The notes under the pieces are model-generated. The model made no database searches. It saw only the letters and a program-made list of their open reading frames with translations, and had not been told where the DNA came from. DNA of 64,000 bases from Eledone cirrhosa (Eukaryota): the NCBI GenBank assembly GCA_964016885.1, contig OZ024741.1, positions 264,306,001-264,370,000 on the forward strand. The letters are read 5' to 3'. A program made the translations under genes and the position numbers. Positions 39,341 to 53,172 of this stretch are shown one piece after another (the stretch's first letter is position 1; every line of letters starts with the position of its first letter).

Positions 39341-41026
39341 GTGCTACGGACGACGGAAGAGCAATGGTCGGCCAACATAAGGGCTTCGTCACTCTTCTGA
39401 AGAGAGAAAATCTATCTGTATTTGCTGCTCATTGTGTCATTCATCGACAACACTTGGCTGCGAAGAAATTCAGCAAGCCACTGAGCAAGTCCTTGCAGGT
39501 GGCCATTGATGTCATCAATTTTATCAAACGGAATTCCCTCAATGAACGAATTTTCCAGCAACTGTGCCAAGATAATGACGAAGAATTCGCCAAGCTGCTC
39601 CTTCATACTGAGGTGAGGTGGCTTTCAAAGGGCAAGTGCTTTACTCACTTCTTTGAACTCTTCGAATCTATCATTGAGTTTCTGCGAGGACGCAACACAG
39701 AACTGTACAAGAAAACCCTCGATGTGAGGCAAGACTGCGCCTACCTCACCAACATCTTCGACAAATTCAATAGCGTCATTTTGGCTTTGCAGGGGAAGAA
39801 GATCACCTTGCTTAAAGCAAGGAATGCTGTGAAAACATTCCTGGCCAAATTGAATGTCATCGAAAGGAATCTTTGTTTACGGGAATTCTATAATTTTCCT
39901 AGTGTCGCCAATGTTCAAAACATTGTAAGCGACGACCAACTCCAAATTTATACCACTCACCTCCATGCGCTACAAGACACCATGAGAGAACGGTTTGTCG
40001 ACCTTTTGCCGATGGATATCCCAAAGTGGGTAGCAGATGCTTTCATAGCTAACGTCGACGATTTGGACGTTAAATTTCAGGAAAAAATTCATTGAACTTC
40101 AAGCAGATGACATGATCAAAATTAGATTTCCCAAAATAGGTGAACCCCTTTTTGGGATGCAAGAGGAAATTCAGCGTTGATTTCCACACCTACATGCAGA
40201 GGCTAAGAGATTTGCTCTGCCTTTTCCAAGCTCATACTTAGTCGAGAGGAGGTTTGGTGTTGTTTCCAGACTGCACAGTAAGGCTCGCAACCGCTACAAT
40301 GTAATTACACGTGGAGATCTCTGGCTACATCTTAGGAAAATTCAGCCTCATGTCAAAGAGTTAGCTAGTCTCCATGAAGCTCAAGGGTCCAATTGAAATG
40401 AGTCAAAGTTAAAGTAAGTTGATTTATACGAAAACTTGGATATGCTATTGTTACAAAGCAACCTAACAATTTTTTTATTTGTAGTTGCAGTCTGACTGGA
40501 CTGGAAACCATCTACTACAATTCAATTACTCATTTGTTGTATATATTTTACCATTTATTAATAAATATACCCTCCCGCGTGGTCATGAAAACCCTCTTCT
40601 GCTGTCTCTAAGCTCACAAAGCAGGGGGACATCAAGTTTGATATCAACATTTATTCTGTCCGTTTCATTAAAGGGAAAATTGGAAAGCTTTGAAATGATA
40701 TAATTGCCACTTTCTTCCAGATAAGAGCACTCTTGGGATAGACAAGAGTTGCTCTTGTATAAATGTTCAAAATAGCTGGTATCGCCTGGTGGGAATATAA
40801 CAAATTCAACTGGTCCTTATTCATAAAAAAGAACATTTATGTTCCTTTTTTTGAAATTTATATATTTCCTTTCAAGGAATGTATTTGTACTCTCAGCTGC
40901 CTGAATATTGTTAATCATTTTTTTAATAATCTACCGATACCAAAATCAGTAGTATATTGAAAAATGGAAAAATAGGGGGGGGGGGGTGTCGTGATTTCAA
41001 GAGCCTAAATGGATTGAGAACCCGTG
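39341..41026 (+). mobile_element. hAT (Buster/Charlie-type) transposon, 3' half with disrupted transposase
   Basis: CATDDGRAMVG, HCVIHRQHL, LLLHTEVRWLSKG, later LPFPSSYLVER..RNR..RGDL..QGSN*; probable right TIR TTGAGAACCCGTG (41014-41026) followed by TCCTAGAT. Confidence 0.88.
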
Positions 41027-41049
41027 TCCTAGATCCCCCCAATTACGTA

Positions 41050-42028
41050 ATAGAAATTTCGCAGCATGAGGTCAGCGATTAAAAAATCAGCTCTCGTGTT
41101 AACGCAAGCTCTGTTATGTAACCTTTGAAGGATATTTACTCTTTTAATGATGCACAACTTACAGGACCAAGTTCTATTTCTGTATGGTCTCGATTTAATA
41201 GGTTTATGTCTGCATCCATGAATGATCATACGTGGCTTGCCAGCTTCGTGGACGATCGCTTGTCAGAGTGTCAAAAGGTCGTATGATGGTTAAGGAATCG
41301 TTCTTTAAACCGGCCCTCCGACATACCTACATACGTTTTGACCTGTTGTTGATTCGGTCGATGGATGTAACTTCAGCTTCATAAACGACTGTGGGTGTGT
41401 TGCATTACTGTTTTAAAGGGTAGGATCTCAGCTTTCTGCAATGGCATCCGAATAGGGAAGCATTCTTGGGGTAATTGGTGATGTTGACATTCATATTTTT
41501 ATCAGGAATATATCCAAGTTTCATCCTGTGTCTATTAACGATAGATCTGTATTTATCTGTATTTATTCCCTTCAGCGAAGAGCTTGTCTAGGAGCGCTAG
41601 GAATTTCTTACCTACATTAGTTCTAACTCCAAGCGAGAAGGGTGGACAGAGCCAAATTATTTTCTTATTCCTATTTTTATTTTTACTTGTAGTGTGATTA
41701 GGAGGGGAGTAAGAAATTTTGTCAGAGAATCTGCTGTAAGCTAAAGCAGTGATATAGTAAGGTGCTCTGTCAAAGATGGCCTTGTTAGAAGAAAGATTTG
41801 AGATCCTAGTGCTAATATTTTTGACGAGCTTTTTAAAGAGCATAGGTATGTAACATGAGTCCTTTTCTATATAAGACAATTTTTCATGGAGTTTGTGTAA
41901 TGGTCTTAAAGGGTTTGTGTGCAGGGCTAAGCTGATGTCTATATATACTCGAGTCAGATTGGTGGGTACAGTGATCTTAAGTCCTAACTCGTTAAACGTG
42001 ACTATCTGGTTTTTTCCTAAATCGGTCA
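41050..42028 (-). mobile_element. Decayed compact Hydra-like PLE (RT thumb to GIY-YIG)
   Basis: NISTRISNLSSNKAIFD..YY..AL, KIIWLCPPFSLGVRTNVGKKFL, and downstream VVYEAEV..TYVGMSEGRFKERF. The 3' boundary is approximate. Confidence 0.78.
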
Positions 42029-42118
<90 letters not shown>

Positions 42119-42125
42119 TGACCGA

Positions 42126-42810
42126 TATATAAAACATGAGAAGAAAGAAGAATACTGCGTGGTTGCACATGGGTTACATATGATAAAAATAGTCCTTCGT
42201 CAGTGATTTGCCAACCATCATTGATATTTCATCGCATTAAAAATCATATACCTCAGGTTGGTGCGAGCAATAACTAAAAAATGCTATTGCGACACAAGTA
42301 AATCGCGTAAAGCGAGTGAGACAAGTAAACAACATAGAAGGATGAAAGCAACGCAAAGAAGGGAATAAACAAGCAACATGGTTATCCGGTCAGCATAAGC
42401 TGGGTGGATTTCATGAACGATCAAGATACAGACCGTCCGACGTGAGTGAGATGTGAGCAAGAAGAGAACCCACTACTAGCCAAACGGGAGGAAGTGAGAA
42501 GGGGAGAAACAGAGAGTAAGTGAGTGGAAGTGCGAGGAAGAGGTCAGTCGAGAGAAAGTGTAACTGACAGAGGGGGCGAAAGATGGTGAGAGCAACAGAG
42601 AGAACGGGGAAGCAGTAAGAGAGAAACAGACAAACGCAGCCGAGGAAAATATATATAAAAAACATGAGAAGAAAGAAGAATACTGCGTGGTTGCACATGG
42701 GTTACATATGATAAAAATAGTCCTTCGTCAGTGATTTGCCAACCATCATTGATATTTCATCGCATTAAAATTCATATACCTCAGGTTGGTGCGAGCAATA
42801 ACTAAAAAAA
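42126..42810. mobile_element. Terminally redundant non-coding unit (period 528 bp), family D
   Basis: About 155-bp near-identical direct repeat (CATGAGAAG at 42135 and 42663), flanked by (TA)n. Confidence 0.75.
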
Positions 42811-42834
42811 AGATATATATATATATATATATAA

Positions 42835-43103
42835 CGATGGAATTGTGGTAAGGAACCAGATGGACCATAACGCACCAAAGTACTCAATACTTAGGGTAGT
42901 AGAGTGGGTAATCGGAAAAAGTATGACCCCGACGGCAGAGCTCAAGCCGTTTCGACGGCTATTTCTGTCCAGAAATAACCGTCGAAACAGGCTGAGCTAT
43001 GCAGGTCGGGCTCATACATTTTCCTATTACCCACTCTACTACCCTAAGTATTGAGTACTCTGGTGCGTTATGGTCCATCTGGTTCCTTACCACAACTCTT
43101 TCG

Positions 43104-43105
<2 letters not shown>
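42835..43105. repeat. Imperfect fold-back of the 6428-6620 family
   Basis: Arms meet at TATTTCTG-tc-CAGAAATA near 42971; (TA)n on both sides. Confidence 0.8.
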
Positions 43106-43189
<84 letters not shown>

Positions 43190-43193
<4 letters not shown>

Positions 43194-45294
43194 TTTGTGT
43201 ATATGTTGGTTGTTTACCGACACCTCAGTATGCAGATTGGAGCACTCGATGAAGTACGCAGGTTGGTTTGTTTACTCCGGAATAATGTAAAATAAAATAA
43301 TTAAGTCAAATATGTAAAATTTGGCTTCGTTTATTATAAATTATAGATATACAGCTATATATATTTCGGTGACAGCCATCATTGGCTGTGACCTCTTCAG
43401 GCAGTCCGAATTGGTGTGGGAAAGTCAGGACTTTCCCACACCAATTCGGACCCCACAGGTACGGGCCGGAAAGCTAGCATAACATATAACGCCCAAAGGT
43501 GAAGCAACAATGCGGGAACAACTAGCAACCCAACAACTCCCCAACAGCCCACAGCACGCTCAACCCACCCACATAGGAATAGACGTAGAAAAATCACGTG
43601 GAACAACCCACCCTACTCAGCGGCCCTAAAGAACAGCCTGGCCTGATCATTCTTTAGAGCACTAGATAAATGTTTCCCAAGGGACCATAGATATCACAAG
43701 ATCTTCAACAGACACACTGTGAAGCTCTCGTATTCTACCACGCGCAATATAGCCCAGCACATAGCTAGCATCAATAGGGGTAGACTTAGAAACTGCACAA
43801 CCAGAAGCTGGCAATATAAGCACCCATCAGAGCCATGTGAAGGGAAGGAAGGGTGGACCCAGTACCCACACTGGGAACCCAAACAGACCCAGGGACCCCC
43901 CCCCCACCGGGCCTAGGAGAAAACCACCCTATAATACACAATGGGAACCCCACATTAGGCACTCGGGGGACGACCACCTACTGCAACTGCAGAACCGCCA
44001 CATTATGCACCCTTAGTAATGAATGCCTAAGGAAGAACTTAATATACGGATGTAGAGTAAAAAAACCCAACTCTGAGCATCCTTACATAGGAGCTACATC
44101 AACCAGCTTCAAAGTCCGATGGTATAACCATCGCCATTCCTTTAATAGGGAGGACAAAAGGAAAAGTACGGCTCTTTCCGAACTGATCTGGAAGCTCATG
44201 CTGGACAGGACCCCGTACTCTCTGACCTGGTCCAAAATCAGGAAAGTATCACCTGATAGAGGGGGATCTGGCATCTGCAAACTATGTCTGAGCGAGACCC
44301 TCGAGATACTCAGCGGTGGAAGCAGCCTAATAAACCCCAGGACTGACTTCTTCGATACATGTAGACACCTCAGGGCCGGGACTTTCCTCAAGCTATAGGG
44401 ACAGTAGCACCACCACACCGAGCCCAAGGTAAACAACCCCCTACATACTCTTGCCTCAACCCGACTCCTATAGCAACACATACGTATACATATGTCCATA
44501 CATAGATACTGTTGTTTAAAATTATACATACATAGATACTTGCATGTATGTGTGTGTGTGTATGTATATATATCGATGTATTGACGGAGTAAAACACACT
44601 TCAACATGTTGAAGTGTGTTTTACTCCGTCAATACATCGATATGTCCAGCTCCTGGTTGTGTTGTTATTTCTCTGAGGAACTGGAATCATATGGGTTAGA
44701 ACAAATGAATTTCGGCGTCATAGGACACTCTCGCATCCCATTGGTCAGTTGTGAGAATATTCCTCAGTCAAAAGTCTATAGAAATGTTTTCGGAGGCAAG
44801 ACAATATGTTGTAGTTGTTTTTGTTTAAGTACAGCTGACCTCCTCCATTGTGTTGGTAGTGGTAGTTGTGTTAAGGGGTCAGCTGGCAGGTCAGCTTTAG
44901 TGTGCTGCTGCTATGTTCAGAAGAATTTGTGTGTGTAGGTTGGCATCTATCCTGCTACCATTTCACGTGGTGGGGGGGGGGGGGGGGGCAAAATAAATGC
45001 GTGTGTGTTACAACCAATATCAAAATTTGAAAGATTTGAAAAATATTAACTGAATTAGAAAACCTGCGTGCCAGAATCGAGAACTGTAAAGAATTACAAT
45101 TCTTACACTATCATCGAGTGGTGCGTTTTAAGAGCAAATGAGATAAAAGTGGAGTGTAAAACACCAAAATCTGAGTGTCAAAATCCGGAAATGCAAACGA
45201 CTACAGTTCCTATTTCAGCATAAAGTACATATGCGTGTATCACAACGCATATCGTTGCAAGCACACACGCACAAACACAGGCTCAGGTGCATTC

Positions 45295-45352
<58 letters not shown>

Positions 45353-47550
45353 AACAAAAGATGGTTAAAAGAGTTCTATGTATTTTATTATGCGCATTTC
45401 AAACATATATATATATATACACACATTATACACACACACACACATACATATATACATACAAATATATATATATATATATATACATACACACACACACATA
45501 CATGCAAGTATCTATGTATGTATAATTTTAAACAACAGTATCTATGTATGGACATATGTATACGTATGTGTTGCTATAGGAGTCGGGTTGAGGCAAGAGT
45601 ATGTAGGGGGTTGTTTACCTTGGGTGCTACTGTCCCTATAGCTTGAGGAAAGTCCCGGCCCTGAGGTGTCTACATGTATCGAAGAAGTCAGTCCTGAGGT
45701 TTATTAGGCTGCTTCCATCGCTGAGTATCTCGAGGGTCTCGCTCAGACATAGTTTGCAGATGCCAGATCCCCCTCTATCAGGTGATACTTTCCTGATTTT
45801 GGACCAGGTCAGAGAGTACGGGGTCCTGTCCAGCATGAACTTCCAGATCAGTTCGGAAAGAGCCGTACTTTTCCTTTTGTCCTCCCTATTAAAGGAATGG
45901 CGATGGTTATACCATCGGACTTTGAAGCTGGTTGATGTAGCTCCTATGTAAGGATGCTCAGAGTTGGGTTTTTTTACTCTACATCCGTATATTAAGTTCT
46001 TCCTTAGGCATTCATTACTAAGGGTGCATAATGTGGCGGTTCTGCAGTTGCAGTAGGTGGTCGTCCCCCGAGTGCCTAATGTGGGGTTCCCATTGTGTAT
46101 TATAGGGTGGTTTTCTCCTAGGCCCGGTGGGGGGGGGGGTGTCCCTGGGTCTGTTTGGGTTCCCAGTGTGGGTACTGGGTCCACCCTTCCTTCCCTTCAC
46201 ATGGCTCTGATGGGTGCTTATATTGCCAGCTTCTGGTTGTGCAGTTTCTAAGTCTACCCCTATTGATGCTAGCTATGTGCTGGGCTACATTGCGCGTGGT
46301 AGAATACGAGAGCTTCACAGTGTGTCTGTTGAAGATCTTGTGATATCTATGGTCCCTTGGGAAACATTTATCTAGTGCTCTAAAGAATGATCAGGCCAGG
46401 CTGTTCTTTAGGGCCGCTGAGTAGGGTGGGTTGTTCCACGTGATTTTTCTACGTCTATTCCTATGTGGGTGGGTTGAGCGTGCTGTGGGCTGTTGGGGAG
46501 TTGTTGGGTTGCTAGTTGTTCCCGCATTGTTGCTTCACCTTTGGGCGTTATATGTTATGCTAGCTTTCCGGCCCGTACCTGTGGGGTGGTTGTTGCCCAC
46601 GCTGGGAGTTCTACAATGGGATGATCCTCCATCCATCCCGCTTCGTGTCTTGCGGTTGGGGGCGTCGGGCCCGGTGTGGTTAATATCACCTCTGAGACCG
46701 CTACTCGAACTGGGTTTCCTCCCATGGCTAGGCGTACGCGTCCTTTTCGCTAATGTGGTGGTGTCGGATTATAAGATATATTTTGGCCATGCGCCGCCTT
46801 ATTTAGAGCTGCGTTGTAATATTCTGCGTTGCTATCGAAGGTCTCCTTATTGGCGGACAGGTTGGAGATCCTGTCCGAGACACTCTTCACTACGGCCTTA
46901 ATTATGGATCTAGGGTGGTTTGACTTGGCGTTAAGATATACCAATTTCTCGTTGGGCTTGTGATAGGGGTAGTATTTCTCAGTGCTCATGTTTAGGGTGG
47001 TGTCTAGGAAGTTGACTACCTCTTTCTATTTGGGTCTAGTTCGATACTGAGCCCATGGTTCTTAAAGAAATGCCTAATTCGCCTCTTCAATCTCTCCACC
47101 ATAGTGGTGCTGTGGTCATAGACTGTGAAGAGTGCATCGTCACGATATAATCCGCCGCCCAGGCAGGGGATTTCTTCTTTTATCTGCTTCAGCAGGAAGA
47201 GCCCAACCAGGTCCGTTACCTGTGCGGAGTCGCTGGAGCCCATCGTGATGTCAAAGTTATTTGGCCAATTACTCCTGGTTCAAAGGTCCCCACCGAAGCG
47301 GATCAAGGACTTTCGGGCGGCGTGGATGATGCCCATCTCCTCGCGGGTTATGTCCGTATTGGACATCGCTAAAATAAGAGCCTTATTAAGCACTATGGGC
47401 GAGATTGAGGATAGTAGCCAGCAATATCCAGTTGGATAAAGCTGGTCCTACCTTTCTCAGGTAATATCGTAAACCATTCTATTACCTCTGCTGTGCACGA
47501 CCATTGTTGTAATCTAGTTTTTTTCCGAGGCTATTATTACTAGAATTCTA
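43190..47550 (-). mobile_element. Hydra-like PLE (disrupted) with internal inverted duplication and terminal hammerhead
   Basis: Minus-strand RT (MGSSDSAQVTDLVG, GLYRDD, SNHP) to EN (CNCRTATLC..ECL..LIYGC..YIGAT..CKLC..CRH) at 47450-45636; near-identical plus-strand copy at 43452-44570; hammerhead CTGAAGA..GAAA at 43351-43405 (minus). Confidence 0.88.
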
Positions 47551-47797
47551 TAAGAATCAAACATTCATGATTTTCAGCAAACAGGTGGAGTACTTAGCTT
47601 TGATAAGTACCAAGAAGTACGAAACAGAGTTCTGTCAGCTTTATCTCCCTTGTTTGCTGAAAATTTAAAGTAAGTGAGACTGTCACTACTCTAAAACAAT
47701 AGCGTAAGGTCTTCGAAATGCTTTTAATTAAGCATACAGTGTATTGAAAAATACACTATATATATATTCATATATATATCGCTATTTCAGAGCACTA

Positions 47798-47839
<42 letters not shown>

Positions 47840-47845
<6 letters not shown>

Positions 47846-50502
47846 TCTCCTCTCTACATACTACTAGTCTGAACGGATCTGACAATGCTTTACCACCAGA
47901 ACAGTCCTTATCTAATAAAGGTCCTACGTGTAATACATCACCACTCGAGCCAACCAATAACACCCGGAAGTGCAATTGTAGAGTGAGTGCTAACTGCCCT
48001 CTAAATGGTAACTGCCTTTCTAAGAATATTGTCTACGCCTGCGAAGTTATAACTAATTCCTCTAATAGAACGTATATAGGATCTACTTCAAACACTTTTA
48101 AGACTAGGTTTAACTCTCATATCTCTAACTTCAAACATGTTAGGTTTAAGAATTCTACCTCTTTAGCGCATTATATCTGGGATCTTAAGGGAGCTTATAT
48201 ACCATATAGCCTTAACTGGCGTTTAGTAGCACGCTCTAACCACCTTTCTACACATAGTAAGTTTTGTAATCTCTGTATACTTGAGACACACTCTATTATT
48301 TTCTCTAGCGTATCCTTACTTAATAGAAAGTCTGAGATATTCTCTTCTTGCCCCCACGCCATTTCTAATTCTTATTTTTATTATAAACCCAAACGTTCTA
48401 GTAGTACAAATTGTACCCATTAGCAGATATATTCCATTACTTAGTTTTTAGTTTAGGTTCTTTTGTTTGCCAACATTATTGTTATCATCATTATTACCAT
48501 TGGTTTTTGATGACTCTTCATTCTAGCTCTCATAATCATTTGGCTACTGTACCATATCTATGTTTTCACTATTACACCTTGTTAATATACATAAGATTAC
48601 ACGCTTTACGCCACTTACGTTATTCTATTATTATCTTTATTTTTATTTTTATTATTAATTTTATTTTTAATTCTATTTTTATTTCTAATTTTATTCAGAT
48701 TCATCTTTGGACAACCCCCTTCCCCCTTCCCCCCATGCGCACATAAACTTATTGTGAACCCCTCCAGATTGACTATGATTATATTTAACCCCCCCTCTTT
48801 TACGCTTCATTCTATTATTTATTATAGTATATCGACTATATTTTATGCCACTTCGCACCCTCCATATATTTCGTCAATTCTGTCCCCATTAGCCTACCTT
48901 AATTCTACTTAAGTCAGTTTTTTAGATATCGTTGCGTATATGATAGTAACAAATTTTCATTCCTTTTTGTAAACATTTGTAACGAAACATTAAAGTTTAT
49001 AAACTTTAATGACTTAAACTACAGCTAATATTATACTACCTTATTGGATAGGTTTGATATTTTTAATATTAATTTATCAAATAGGGTTTTGAGTCAATTA
49101 AAATGATTGTTTTCCTTAGTGTTTACCTAATTTCTTAACCGCATGTGAGGCCTTAGTGTGTATATATTTGCTTTTGTTTTGTAATCTCCGGTTGATTATA
49201 TTTATTTATTTATTTTATTCTATATTCTATTTACTATTCACTGTCTGGCTTTGCTTACACATCCACATATGTCTGTCTACTAACCATGTAATTATAAGTA
49301 TTATTTTATGTCAATTTATAATATATTATATTATATTGTATTGTAATATTGATCCTTATTACTTACTGTTCATTATATGTAACATTATGACATTTAAACT
49401 TTATATATCATGTAAGATGTCTGTATTTTTTGTAATATTGTAATATTGATCCTTATTACTTACTGTTCATTATATGTAACATTATGATATTTAGACTACA
49501 TATCATGTAAGATGTCTTTATATATTTTTTTCTGTACCATCATAATTTTTACAGTACCATTATAGTGTTTTTTTGAGTATTATATAATTTATTTTTCCTC
49601 ATTTACTCTGTAACCCAGTATGAATCGATTTGTATACATTGTTTATGGTAAATGTTAGTACACTGTTTACGTATTATCATTGTATTTTATTGTGACATCT
49701 ATATTGTTTCTGTAAATTAACCGGGGATTATCTATTTTATTATATTATATTGAATTATATAATTTTATTGTTTATTATTTATTATATGTGTCTCTTGTAA
49801 TTATATCATATTATTGCCTCATGTATATTGGGTAGATGTATTGGTATTATTTTCACTTTTATCATGCTTATTTTTATATTCAAACTTCTAATAGGGCTTA
49901 ATTTGTGTAGTTGATCATAGATGTGTGTATTGTTATATATGTGTGTGTATGTGTGTGTGTGCGCACATATATACATGTATATATTGTACCTTTTGATTTT
50001 TAATTTGTAATTTTAATGTTGGTAAAGGTATATTATTATAATGTATTATGTTTATTGCATTGTGTTATATATAATTCCTGCTCTATATAACCAAATTTGT
50101 TTAGATTTAGGTTAGTTGCTTTGGACTATATTTGTAATATGGTTCTTAATGTTATCTACATCCTTAGTTATTCTTATTATTATATATTTTTATTATTTTT
50201 ATTTTTATTTTCATTTTTATTATCATATATTTTTGTAAGACTTTAGTGTATGCACACTCCATATTCTTCAGAGTTTCCGGCTTGTATCTGCCGATATTAC
50301 TTCTTGTTGTTTTGATTGCCCTGATGAGTCCTTAATAGGACGAAACATTGTCGGCTAATAAAAACTTTTGATGTATTAAAGGATTCTTTGTTTTACTCTC
50401 TTAATTTTTTGGCTCTGTTTAACTGCATTGAGCTATACCTTTTACTGTCATTTCTATAATACGAAGAGGGTGTTTAACTCCAACACGCTCCAGTATTCTA
50501 AT

Positions 50503-50505
<3 letters not shown>
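47840..50505 (+). mobile_element. Hydra-like PLE 3' fragment: GIY-YIG ORF + about 2-kb AT-rich 3' UTR
   Basis: CNCRVSANCPLNGNCL, IVYAC..YIGST, CNLC, CPH at 47970-48423; (TA)n on both sides. Confidence 0.82.
50318..50355 (+). ncRNA. Minimal type I hammerhead (canonical core)
   Basis: GCC-CTGATGA-GTCC-ttaata-GGAC-GAAA-CATTG-TC-GGC followed by AATAAA. Confidence 0.8.
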
Positions 50506-50552
<47 letters not shown>

Positions 50553-50554
<2 letters not shown>

Positions 50555-50942
50555 AATGCACTTGAGCCTGTGTTTGTGCGTGTGTGCTTGCAACGATGTG
50601 CGTTGACATACACGCATATGTACTTTATGCCGAAATAGGAACTGTAGTCCTTTGCATTTCCAGATTTTGACACTCAGGTTTTTGGTGTTTTACACTCCAC
50701 TTTTATCTCATTTGCTCTTAAAACGCACCACCCGACGGTAGTGTAAGAATTGTAATTCTTTACACTTCTCGATTCTGACACACAGGTTTTCTACTTCAGT
50801 TAATATTTTTCAAATCTTTCAAATTTTGATATTGGTTGTAACACACACGCATTTTTTTTGGCTGTCACCGAAATATATATTGCAGTATTTCTATAAGTTA
50901 TAATAAACGAAGCCAAATTTTACATATTTGACTTAATTATTT

Positions 50943-50945
<3 letters not shown>
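50553..50945 (+). mobile_element. 3' UTR fragment of the 43190-47550 PLE family
   Basis: Reverse complement of 45000-45293 joined to the 3' half of the hammerhead region of 43297-43378. Confidence 0.75.
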
Positions 50946-50991
<46 letters not shown>

Positions 50992-52478
50992 TATATATAG
51001 CGTATATATATACATACAGCGTATATATATATATATATATATATATACGTGTGTACATTATTTCCATGGATGTACCTGAATGATTGTGACTTTATGTGAA
51101 AGGCAGACAAAGACAGAGGGGAAAGTTTATATTTCTGAAAATATGTCATATGCTATGATTAAACTCATATATTTTCCTTTGGATTTCTGTTTATGAGAAT
51201 TAATAGGAATAACATTAAGGAAAGAAAGAAAGAAGTAAAGGAATTTTAAAATGAAAGAGAGAAATAAGAACGATGGGAATGAAGAATGAAAGAGAGAGGA
51301 GGAGGAGAGAAAGAAAAGGTGAAATTTATAGAAAGAAAAACAAAATGAATGACACACACACACTTAGTCATTGGCTGTCCCCTAGAAACAACACTTTCTT
51401 CCTGCCCTCGCCCATACACGACCATTTGTTCCCAGGTAAATGGCAAGGCAACTTTTCAACTGGCGGTTTTCGATGATGCAATGGAAATTTATAAATTCTC
51501 CAGAATGCTTCACTGGCTGAGATGTACCGTGCATTGATATATGTCTCAATCGCATTTTGGACATGGACACAATTTCCTTGATCATCCTTAATAGTGAAAG
51601 TGATCTTGTCTGACTAACTCACTCGATATGCAAATTAGGCTGCTCCGCCGTTAATATGCATAAGGAAAGTATATACTTTCAGACGTTCAATCATCTGACA
51701 GAAAGGTATACGATGCTGACGATAGCTAATACGCTTGAAACTAGTACATCGTTCCTGTGTCAGTGTTGAAAAAAAAGGGCGACGATGGTTGCCTGAACAC
51801 TGTACGGCGTAATTCGGGCTGTTTGTTTGTTTGTATATATATATACTCCTAGAATTAACGATTAACTGATTAATTTAATTAGATGATTCTATTGATTGAT
51901 TAATTGTTTAAGTTTGTTTGATAACTTCTGGTTGAGTGCTTTATTCAGTTTGTCTAAAGGGATTCATTCCTTTATCTCAAATTAGAATTCACCGCCTAGG
52001 CGGGGGTTACCTCCCTTGGAGTAAACCACGTGTCTGTGGCGACATTTAAAGCTACAACATACCCGCTCGGGCTAAGAACGAAAGACTTGCTGAAAAAGTA
52101 AATCCTATGTTCTGTCGTCAAAAACCATTATATTGCAGACTCCTGCAATAAGAATTTGTCGATCTTGGATTTGCAGGAACTTAGCGCTGATGTTGGATGC
52201 TATATGTGATCTGTATTGTTGATATACAATGTAAGTTATATATTTTGTACTCAGCCTCACCGCTATGTCCGGGTCAGTATAACATCTTTTCCTGGGTCCT
52301 GTATTTTCGTTGCTCTAGTAATGCTGGACTGCCGACCGCTATATCTGATTTGCTAAGCTGTCTGAACGTAATGTTATTACTCTGGGGTCTTTCCTCATCT
52401 GAGTGCTCAAGCGACACACCGATTATGCATATACGTTAGCTTGGCCGTATTCTAAAGCTTCGTCAATGCTGTACTAAA

Positions 52479-53172
<694 letters not shown>

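Noticed and set aside
42190-42235. Type II hammerhead in family D (GAAA..TGAT..ATCA-CTGAYGA on the minus strand)
   Set aside because: Stem I is plausible, but stem II cannot be formed in any of the three copies.
43644-43646. In-frame TGA as selenocysteine (as reported for some Naiad PLEs)
   Set aside because: It aligns to Arg/Lys rather than Cys, domain order is RT-EN, and the copy has other lesions; CGA to TGA decay is simpler.
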